From positions 2,850,001-2,882,000 of the forward strand of contig CP126532.1 in the NCBI GenBank assembly GCA_030167145.1: a stretch of DNA of 32,000 bases. The letters are read 5' to 3'. Under the pieces are notes generated by a model. It had not been told where the DNA came from. It worked only from the letters and a program-made list of their open reading frames with translations, and made no database searches. Numbering within the stretch: position 1 is the stretch's first letter; every line of letters begins with the position of its first letter. Source of the stretch: Ktedonobacterales bacterium (lineage in GTDB: Bacteria; Chloroflexota; Ktedonobacteria; Ktedonobacterales; JADMIN01). Made by a program: the position numbers and the translations under genes. Shown in pieces: positions 25,580 to 32,000 of this stretch.

Positions 25580-25620
25580 ATTGACCAACGACAATACCTT
25601 TTTGAGGTGGAGGCAGTGTA

Positions 25621-26925
25621 GTGCGGAAGCGTCACATCCTGATTACGTGTACCCTTGTGGTCTCTCTTGCTATGGTGGCAGGCGGTGTCGGACTGGTCGC
25701 GCGTACTGTTCGCGCGCATCCGGCCATTCCCACCATCATCTGCGGCCCATTGATTCACAGCGGGCCTGGTTGTTCTCCCTGGAAGGTTGTTGCCAGCGCA
25801 AATATTGCTTCCAGCAAGAACGACATTCTGCATGGCGCGGCGGCTATCTCATCCAGCGATGTCTGGGCGGTGGGCTACTCTCAGCAGACTACCGGAAGTT
25901 TCTACCAGACGCTCACCGAGCATTGGAATGGCTCCGCGTGGAGCATCGTCGCCAGCCCCAACGGCGGCACGGCTGACAACAAATTGCAGGCTGTCGCTGC
26001 TATCTCATCCAGTGATGTCTGGGCGGTGGGCTACTCGCAATCGAGCGGCACGTATTCCGCGCTCATCGAACACTGGAATGGCGCGACGTGGAGCATTGTT
26101 CCCAGCGGCGCGACTGGTGTTCTCTACAGCGTAGCGGCGCTCGCGACGGACAATGTCTGGGCGGTGGGCATGGCGATCAATCCTGGCGGCGGCTCTTCGA
26201 CGCTGGTCGAGCATTGGGATGGATCGAGTTGGAGCGTCGTGCCCAGTCCCAATGGTTCACTAGTTGGCGGAAACCATCTCTATGGTGTCGCGGCGGTTGC
26301 GACGAACGACATCTGGGCCGTGGGTGGATACGGCGCGGCCAGTGGCGATCAAACGCTGGTCGAACATTGGGATGGCAACACCTGGAGTGTCGTGCCCAGC
26401 CCGAACGGCAGCATCCTCACCAATGAGCTTTTCAGTGTAGCGGCAGCTTCATCCGGGGATGTGTGGGCCGTAGGGTTCTTTAATGTGGCGAGTGGCAATG
26501 GCTCGCAGACGCTGATCGAACATTGGAACGGCACAAGTTGGAACAGCGTGCCCAGCGCGAACTGTGGCACGTACAACAGTCTGTCTGCGGTGGCTGTGGT
26601 TGGGCTTAACAATGTTTGGGCTGTGGGTGGGTGTTCCGGCGCGAACGGACAGACTCTCGGCCAGGCGATGGCAGAGCGCTGGAATGGCACGAATTGGAGC
26701 TACCTGCCCACGGCGAGCACAAGCGCCGCGTTTCCGGGCGCCGCGAATGTCTCGTTGAACGCCATAGCCGTCGCTTCGGCGTCTGACATCTGGGCGGTAG
26801 GGTATGCAGGCGCTGGGGACGGCATCGGGCTGTACCCGAACGCCACCCTGGTCGAGCGCGCAAACATCACCATCACCCGTGGTGGCCTGCTCCATGGGCG
26901 GCTCGCTTTCCCATTCGCTAAATAA
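25621..26925 (+). CDS. Secreted 7-bladed beta-propeller repeat protein (WAVG / EHWNG..WS.VPSPN repeats)
   Basis: Seven ~50-aa repeats of the type ..AAISSSDVWAVGY....TLIEHWNGS.WSIVPSPNG. N-terminal signal/anchor. GTG start with a GAGGTGGAGG RBS. Confidence 0.8.
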   Translation: MRKRHILITCTLVVSLAMVAGGVGLVARTVRAHPAIPTIICGPLIHSGPGCSPWKVVASANIASSKNDILHGAAAISSSDVWAVGYSQQTTGSFYQTLTEHWNGSAWSIVASPNGGTADNKLQAVAAISSSDVWAVGYSQSSGTYSALIEHWNGATWSIVPSGATGVLYSVAALATDNVWAVGMAINPGGGSSTLVEHWDGSSWSVVPSPNGSLVGGNHLYGVAAVATNDIWAVGGYGAASGDQTLVEHWDGNTWSVVPSPNGSILTNELFSVAAASSGDVWAVGFFNVASGNGSQTLIEHWNGTSWNSVPSANCGTYNSLSAVAVVGLNNVWAVGGCSGANGQTLGQAMAERWNGTNWSYLPTASTSAAFPGAANVSLNAIAVASASDIWAVGYAGAGDGIGLYPNATLVERANITITRGGLLHGRLAFPFAK

Positions 26926-27081
26926 TCTGTGCGGGTCGCTGTTAAGACGTTGTGTTGCTCTTCGCCCGTGAAATGATGCGCGGACGAAGAGCAGCGTTCG
27001 TTTCGCGATATATCTCCCGTCATCTATCGTCACATCCCATCACTTCACGTCACCAATGCATCCAGCCAGCGCCGCAACCTC

Positions 27082-27110
27082 TTGCGGGAATGGAACATCT
27101 GTTTTAGGCT
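27082..27110 (+). promoter_or_regulatory. Sigma70-like promoter, cassette copy C
   Basis: TTGCGG (27082-27087), 17-nt spacer, TAGGCT (27105-27110). The -10 is weaker. An alternative -35, TTGACG, lies at 27115-27120. Confidence 0.4.
27093..27104. promoter_or_regulatory. GAAC-N4-GTTC-like box (one mismatch) in the promoter C spacer
   Basis: GAACATCTGTTT abuts the -10 element, the same placement as in copies A and B. Confidence 0.4.
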
Positions 27111-27125
27111 TGTGTTGACGAAATC

Positions 27126-27154
27126 GCGGTGAGCCGGAATATGGCGCCGCTCTC
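27126..27154 (+). promoter_or_regulatory. Conserved leader motif, copy C
   Basis: GCGGTGAG-ccggaatat-GGCGCCGCTCTC. Confidence 0.6.
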
Positions 27155-27200
27155 TCCCAGGGCTATGCCGTGGGCGGAGGGCGGCGCTATTCGCATTTCG
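27144..27200 (+). promoter_or_regulatory. Leader hairpin, copy C, with a weak U-tract
   Basis: GCGCCGCTCTCTCCC (27144-27158) pairs with GGGCGGAGGGCGGCGC (27172-27187) over about 15 bp with 2 G-U pairs and 1 mismatch, followed by TATTCGCATTTCGG. Confidence 0.5.
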
Positions 27201-27234
27201 GTGGGTGATCGAAGAGAAAGTGAGGTGGGGATTT

Positions 27235-30200
27235 ATGGCGGGGACACTGTTGAAACTTGGCTACTCGAATCCGTTGACGGATAGCTTTGGCGCGCATCCT
27301 ATCCTGGGGCCAGTGCTGGACCTGAACGACGGCGCAACGTATACGCTGCTCGCGCCGGAAGTGGGAGGGATAGAGTTACAGCCGCCGCCGAGGACCATTG
27401 CTTTGGCGGGCAATATCCGCACGCAGGGCGAACGGGCGACACGGGCGCTGTATCGCCACAACCGCACGGTGCGCGTGCCGCTGCTGCTCGGTCCCATGTC
27501 GTCGTATGCGGCGCTCACCGCTGCCCTCCGTGAACTGCTGCAATGGGTCAACGCTGCTCCGCAAGTGCCGATGACGCTGCTGTATCAGCCACCCAACGCC
27601 ACGCAACCCGTCTATCTCGACATCGTGGGTGCGGCGCACTCGCTGCCAGCGGATGAGAGCGATTGGCTGCGGTTGCAGTTAGAGCCGGTGGAACTGGTGT
27701 TCGTCTGCCGTCCTGGGCTGCGTGGGGATCGCATCACCTTGCAGAATCTGGTGAGCAATCCTGGCTTCGAGCAGGGCAGTGGGCCAGGCGTGCCGGTCTT
27801 CACTGAACTCTTCGCCAACCTTGCGGCGTACACGCAGGTCGCAGGGAGTGCGCCCACGCTGGCTCCGGCCAATACGTTTGTGGACGCGCTCATGGCGAAT
27901 GGCGGTAGTGCGCTGCTGGCGTACTACCGGCTGGATGAAACGTCGGGAACGGCGGCGTACGACATCGCGGGGCAGGGGTACACCGGTACGACGCACGGCA
28001 GTCCGACACAGAACGTGGCGGGGTTGCTCAGCGGGGACACGGATGCGTGCTACACCTTCGCCTCGGCCAGCTCGCAATACGTGAGCGTGCCGTCAACTGC
28101 GGTGTTCCCGTCGGGCAATAGCCCGCTTAGTGTCGGCGTGTGGTTCAAGATTGCGAGCGCACCGGCGGCGACGGCGCAGTTGTGGAGCTACGGCGACATC
28201 ACGACGGGACATCATGCGCTCTCGCTGTATCTGGCGACCACGGGCAAGCTGACCTGTGATGTGGGGGCAGGGGCGTCGGTGCTTTCCTCGGCCTCAGCGG
28301 TCTCGAACGCGGTGGCGCACTTCGCGGCGCTGACCTGGGATGGGACGACACTGACGCTGTGGCTGGATGGCGTCTCGCAGGGGACGGCGACACCAGGCGC
28401 ACAATCCATCCCCACGACGCCGACGGTGAACCTGGGGGCGAATGCGACGCCGGCGGCGTACTTCAGCGGGCAACTGGATGAGGCGTGCCTCTGGTCGGCG
28501 GCGCTCTCCTCGACGCAAATTGCGAACATCTACACCGCTGGACATTCTGGCGCGAGCGGCACACTGGCCTCGGCGTTCAGCCTTCCGGTCAGCGGGCAGG
28601 TCAGTTTCGGGAGCGCGCAATGGGCCTCGGTGAATGCGTGGCAGCTACGGTTCCGCTACACCACAGGGCTGACGCTGCGGGCGTTCTTGCATTATGTGGA
28701 TGGCAACAACTACGTGCAGGCGCAGGTGACGGGGACACAACTCAGCCTCGCCCACAAGGTCGGTGGCACCTTCACCACGATCCAGACGGTGACGGTGGCG
28801 CTCACCTATGAGGGGTGGTACTGGCTGCAATGCACGCAGTTCCCTACGGTGAATGCGACGCCAACGACACAGTTCCCGAATGTCAATGCCAACTATCCGT
28901 ATCTCACGGCGGCGGTGACCTACGATGACAATGGGGCGGTGGGGGCGCAGATCGCCGCAGCCAGTGGGCCAGCGGTGGATGTCGCCATCGCGCTGACGGG
29001 TAAGCCGCAGATGCTCGCGCAAGGGGCGGCGCTGGTGGTGGGTGGGAACGTGGTCAATCTGTTCGGGCCAGGGGGATGGAGTGTGGCGACCGGCGGCGGC
29101 GCGGGCGGCCTGGGCGTCACCAGCGTGGCTATCGGTTCGTGGGAACAAGCCTCCGCTAATCTGCCACCCCTCGGCCTGGTCAACGTCAACGCGGGGAATG
29201 CGGTGCAGGTGCCAGTGACCTCGTATGGCTGTGCGCGCTTAGATATTCCCGCTGGTTCCACGGCGCTAGATGCGCGGTGGCAGACACCGACGAGCGGGTT
29301 CGGGCCAAATGGCCTTATCCCGCTTCCAGGTTCCGGCGGCGCAGGGGTCACGCTGGCCTATGCCTTCGCCGCCAACTCCACAGGATTTGCGGGCACGGCG
29401 CGGGTGCAACTCTACTGGACCGAGTACACAGCGGCGGGGGCGGCGCTGGGGACGTATCAGGCTGCAAGCGTGACGCCACCGGCGGGGTGGCAGGGGTACG
29501 CCAGTACCTTCGTGACACAGAATGCGGGGTGCGCGGCGATCTCCATCTTCATCCGCATCCTCGATGCGGCGACGGGGACGAGCGTGGGGGCGGTGCTGTG
29601 GCTCGACAATGTGCAGGTGTGGAGCGTGAGCAGCACAGGGCTGGCAGTGGGCAGCATGCCGTACTGTGAACTGCGGTTCCCGCAGTCGCCCGCGCAGGTG
29701 GTGCTGAGCGGATTGCTGGGTGATCTGCCGTGTCCGGCGGCGCTCAGCTTCGGCGCCTACCTCACATCGCTACCGCAGGGCGGCGCGCTCAGCTTCGCGG
29801 TGGGACGCTCCGCGCAACCTTCGGCGACGGCGCGACTGACGGCGGCGATGAACGGGTTCTATGGGAGCGCGCTCGGCGCGGGGCAGCAGGCGACGGCGGC
29901 GCTGGATGCGACGGCGTATGGGGGCTATACGATCTCGAACAATCCGCAGACGGGGTGGAGCGCGAAGGGGTTCGCGCCGCTGGCCAGTGACGCGCCGGGG
30001 GTGTATCATCTGCTCGAACGGTTCCTCTCGACGCAGAGCGTGGGCAACCTGCCCAATGTGCAGGTGCGGGCGAACACGCAGCAGCGGCTGCTGCCATGGT
30101 TCGGGGCATCCTCCTCAGCCGACCAGCTTGGCAACAGCTATGGGCCGTATGCGGCGCTGCTCTCCGCGAGCAACACGTGGACTATCGTAGACACGGGGCA

Positions 30201-30723
30201 GGTGACGCTGCCGCCCTATAGCCAGGGGGCGATGACGGACCCGACACAAACGTATCTCGTGCCGCATCCGCAGTGGCAAGATCTGACGGCGGGCGGGGCC
30301 ATGTGTAGCGCGAGCTGGTGCGCGCTGCTGCCGATAGATGGGTCGCTCATCGTCGGCGTGGTGAACAATCCGAGCAATGCGGCTTCGGCGCTCTCGAACA
30401 CCTGGCTGTGGACGTATTTCGATGGGCTGCTGGTGAACCGGGCGGCAGCGCAAGATGCGCCAGGGTGGCTCTACTCACTCGAAGCGGTAGCGACGCCGAA
30501 TGCGGCGCATGCGGGTGGTGGGCCAGGGACACAGGGGACGGGGAATGTGAACGTGAACAGTGGGGCCGATCCGTATCTCATCCTTGACCCGACGAGTGCG
30601 CTTCCTCAAACGGGGCAAGCAGGAGTCAATCAACTGGTGGCCTATGTGGCAGATCAGGCGGGTGCGGTGCTGGGATTCGCGGGTGAGGTGAGCTATAGTC
30701 CGTTGTACCTGTGGCCTCGGTAG
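27235..30723 (+). CDS. Large (1163 aa) LamG / concanavalin-A-like lectin domain protein; putative fibre or host-recognition component
   Basis: LamG pattern at about 27910-28539 (LLAYYRLDETSG...GDTDACYTF...SVGVWFK...HFAALTWDGTTLTLWLDG...FSGQLDEACLWSAALS). NPGFEQG and LWLDNVQVW are CBM4_9-like edges. GAGGTGGGG RBS before the ATG at 27235. Confidence 0.75.
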   Translation: MAGTLLKLGYSNPLTDSFGAHPILGPVLDLNDGATYTLLAPEVGGIELQPPPRTIALAGNIRTQGERATRALYRHNRTVRVPLLLGPMSSYAALTAALRELLQWVNAAPQVPMTLLYQPPNATQPVYLDIVGAAHSLPADESDWLRLQLEPVELVFVCRPGLRGDRITLQNLVSNPGFEQGSGPGVPVFTELFANLAAYTQVAGSAPTLAPANTFVDALMANGGSALLAYYRLDETSGTAAYDIAGQGYTGTTHGSPTQNVAGLLSGDTDACYTFASASSQYVSVPSTAVFPSGNSPLSVGVWFKIASAPAATAQLWSYGDITTGHHALSLYLATTGKLTCDVGAGASVLSSASAVSNAVAHFAALTWDGTTLTLWLDGVSQGTATPGAQSIPTTPTVNLGANATPAAYFSGQLDEACLWSAALSSTQIANIYTAGHSGASGTLASAFSLPVSGQVSFGSAQWASVNAWQLRFRYTTGLTLRAFLHYVDGNNYVQAQVTGTQLSLAHKVGGTFTTIQTVTVALTYEGWYWLQCTQFPTVNATPTTQFPNVNANYPYLTAAVTYDDNGAVGAQIAAASGPAVDVAIALTGKPQMLAQGAALVVGGNVVNLFGPGGWSVATGGGAGGLGVTSVAIGSWEQASANLPPLGLVNVNAGNAVQVPVTSYGCARLDIPAGSTALDARWQTPTSGFGPNGLIPLPGSGGAGVTLAYAFAANSTGFAGTARVQLYWTEYTAAGAALGTYQAASVTPPAGWQGYASTFVTQNAGCAAISIFIRILDAATGTSVGAVLWLDNVQVWSVSSTGLAVGSMPYCELRFPQSPAQVVLSGLLGDLPCPAALSFGAYLTSLPQGGALSFAVGRSAQPSATARLTAAMNGFYGSALGAGQQATAALDATAYGGYTISNNPQTGWSAKGFAPLASDAPGVYHLLERFLSTQSVGNLPNVQVRANTQQRLLPWFGASSSADQLGNSYGPYAALLSASNTWTIVDTGQVTLPPYSQGAMTDPTQTYLVPHPQWQDLTAGGAMCSASWCALLPIDGSLIVGVVNNPSNAASALSNTWLWTYFDGLLVNRAAAQDAPGWLYSLEAVATPNAAHAGGGPGTQGTGNVNVNSGADPYLILDPTSALPQTGQAGVNQLVAYVADQAGAVLGFAGEVSYSPLYLWPR

Positions 30724-30728
30724 TGTGA

Positions 30729-30803
30729 GGTAAGCCAAGGTAAGCCAAGGTAAGCCAAGGTAAGCCAAGGTAAGCCAAGGTAAGCCAAGGTAAGCCAAGG
30801 TAA
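30729..30803. repeat. Perfect 10-bp tandem repeat, 7.5 copies
   Basis: GGTAAGCCAA repeated 7 times plus GGTAA, starting 6 nt after the stop of the LamG gene. Confidence 0.95.
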
Positions 30804-30831
30804 ATGACTGAGGGAGAAGGGAGGACGGAAG

Positions 30832-30972
30832 ATGAGCGAGGGACGGCGAAACCCTGGTGGAGGAGACATATCGAGACATCGCCAGACATGCTCGTACGGT
30901 GTTGTGCGCTGTGGTACACTAGCGCCATATCAACGAGACAGTTGCGCTCTGGATCTTCGCGAGGTGACTTGA
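30832..30972 (+). CDS. Possible 46-aa Cys-containing small ORF
   Basis: GGGAGG lies 7 nt upstream of the ATG. Translation is MSEGRRNPGGGDISRHRQTCSYGVVRCGTLAPYQRDSCALDLREVT. It is below the ORF-track length cutoff and has no homology support. Confidence 0.2.
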   Translation: MSEGRRNPGGGDISRHRQTCSYGVVRCGTLAPYQRDSCALDLREVT

Positions 30973-31037
30973 ATTCACCGTGAGACAGCCTCTGGATCAG
31001 CAGTGTGGAGGTCCACGTTCGAGCAGGAGTAAACGTC

Positions 31038-31214
31038 ATGCGCACGACTTATCGCGGCATTCGCGAACTGGTTCGCCTTTTCGCGGTTATCGCTGTCCTG
31101 GCTGTCGGAATTGTTAGCGTGGGGCTTGTGCCGACGCGCCATGCGATGGCCAGCCACGGTGGACCGAACACCCAGTTGGCTATTGAATGCCCCTCGGGCT
31201 TGAGTCACTGCTGA
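31038..31214 (+). CDS. Possible 58-aa secreted or anchored small peptide
   Basis: AGGAG lies 8 nt upstream of the ATG at 31038. Hydrophobic segment LFAVIAVLAVGIVSVGLV, then HAMA/SHGGPNTQLAIECPSGLSHC with two Cys. Confidence 0.3.
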   Translation: MRTTYRGIRELVRLFAVIAVLAVGIVSVGLVPTRHAMASHGGPNTQLAIECPSGLSHC

Positions 31215-31388
31215 GCTACCTCTACCTGCTGGATATTGGGTTCGAGGAGGCGGACTGGCACACGCTGCTCAGCAATCTGAATGCTGTCGCGCCGCCGACT
31301 GGATCTGGCGCCGCCGGGCGGCGAATGCTCGATCCGCGACATTGTGCGCATGTGGGCCACGCCAAGCTGAATGATGAGGCGCCCGCAG

Positions 31389-32000
31389 TCAATCCATAGC
31401 GGCGCTTGCCAGGAGCGCGCGGACCTGCTGATCTACCTCGGCGATGAGTTGCGCGGCCCCAGCGGTTCCGGCGAGATGACCGGCCTGACCGGACCAGAGG
31501 GCGAGATACTCCTGGCGGCCTTGCTGGCTGGCAGCACGGCGGATCTCGCGGGTGAGGGCGTGCTGGATGGGATACGGGAGGATGTCATCCGCAGGCGTGG
31601 CGAGCGCCTGGCTGAGCTGGTTGGGGATGCCGCGCGCCCATTTGCCGGAGATGCCGCGAATCAGCGTGGTGCTATCGTCGCCGCCGCGCAGGATCGCCTC
31701 TTTTTGCGCGGCAGGCGCGCCGCTCTCCGCGCGAGTGAGGAAGGCGGTGCCCATCTGGACGCCCGCCGCGCCAAGGGCGAGCGCGGCCACGACCCCGCGC
31801 CCATCCATGATGCCGCCCGCCGCGATGACTGGCACACTGACGCGGTCTACGATCTGCGGCACGAGCGCGATAGTGCCGATGAGCGCGCTTTCGGCGGGTC
31901 CAAGGAAGGTGGCGCGGTGTCCGCCCGCTTCGCTGCCCTGGGCCACGATCAGGTCCACGTCGGCATCTGCGAGTTGTTGCGCCTCGCGCACCGTAGTCGC
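31389..32000 (-). CDS. Nitronate monooxygenase (NMO / 2-nitropropane dioxygenase) family protein; the 5' end runs off the right edge
   Basis: VPVIAAGGIMDGRGVVAALALGAAGVQMGTAFL is the signature FMN-binding region of the NMO family. The frame stays open to position 32000. Confidence 0.85.
   Translation of the reverse strand, partial: ATTVREAQQLADADVDLIVAQGSEAGGHRATFLGPAESALIGTIALVPQIVDRVSVPVIAAGGIMDGRGVVAALALGAAGVQMGTAFLTRAESGAPAAQKEAILRGGDDSTTLIRGISGKWARGIPNQLSQALATPADDILPYPIQHALTREIRRAASQQGRQEYLALWSGQAGHLAGTAGAAQLIAEVDQQVRALLASAAMD

Noticed and set aside
27141-27330. A conserved upstream leader peptide starting ATGGCGCCGCTC (MAPL...) in cassette C and site D (25564-25620).
   Set aside because: The ATG is not conserved in copies A (TAGGACGCC) and B (CAGGGCGCC). 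The motif is therefore more likely conserved at the nucleotide or RNA level than as a uORF.
10556-30723. An ordinary intact or freshly integrated prophage.
   Set aside because: No integrase, repressor, replication, terminase, portal, tail tube or tape measure genes are visible. Cellular genes interrupt the structural order, and each module has its own promoter cassette.
30729-30803. The 10-bp tandem array as a CRISPR array.
   Set aside because: The units are contiguous with no spacers, 10 bp is far too short for a CRISPR repeat, and no cas genes are present.
31187-31399. ORF 31187..31399(+), 70 aa.
   Set aside because: It has no RBS and overlaps the end of the small ORF at 31038..31214 and the 3' end of the NMO gene. 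It may be a remnant, but I cannot support it.
1-32000. tRNA, rRNA, tmRNA or known riboswitch sequences.
   Set aside because: I saw no T-loop (GGTTCGAATCC-like) or anticodon-arm patterns and no rRNA-like conserved blocks. The leaders examined do not resemble riboswitch classes I can recall.

Overview
This is a high-G+C bacterial chromosomal window with strong GGAGG-type ribosome-binding sites (RBS), REP-like GC-rich hairpin repeats and WAVG/HWNG beta-propeller proteins. It looks Chloroflexota/Ktedonobacteria-like, but I cannot verify that from sequence alone. The left third (1-10.3 kb) is ordinary accessory metabolism: a WD40-like membrane protein, flavodoxin, a DsrE/TusA pair, AraC, quinone oxidoreductase, a DHDPS-family aldolase, an MFS transporter, SDR and VOC. 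From 10.5 kb onward there is a fragmented but apparently intact set of phage-type structural genes. These are an HK97-type prohead protease-scaffold fusion and a major capsid protein (10.76-14.18 kb), a gp6-like connector (21.19-22.11 kb), head-closure-like and neck/terminator-like proteins (23.25-24.12 kb), a lytic-transglycosylase lipoprotein, a 7-bladed propeller, and an 1163-aa LamG/CBM-like protein (27.2-30.7 kb). They are interleaved with cellular genes (14.4-20.9 kb) and with a reverse-oriented, AT-richer membrane-protein gene. I see no integrase, terminase, portal, tail tube, tape measure or replication genes. The most interesting signal is a conserved cis-element cassette. It consists of a sigma70-like promoter with a GAAC-N4-GTTC-type palindrome in its spacer, then the leader motif GCGGTGAG-N9-G(G/A)CGCCGCTCTC, whose 3' half forms the left arm of a GC-rich hairpin. 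That hairpin is a clear intrinsic terminator in two copies. The cassette occurs three times (10.56, 20.99 and 27.08 kb), with one partial copy at 25.5 kb, each time directly upstream of a phage-derived module. This suggests a co-regulated, dispersed, domesticated phage-particle (GTA-like) regulon, possibly controlled by SOS-type repression plus antitermination. All functional calls come from reading motifs by eye; no database search was run.
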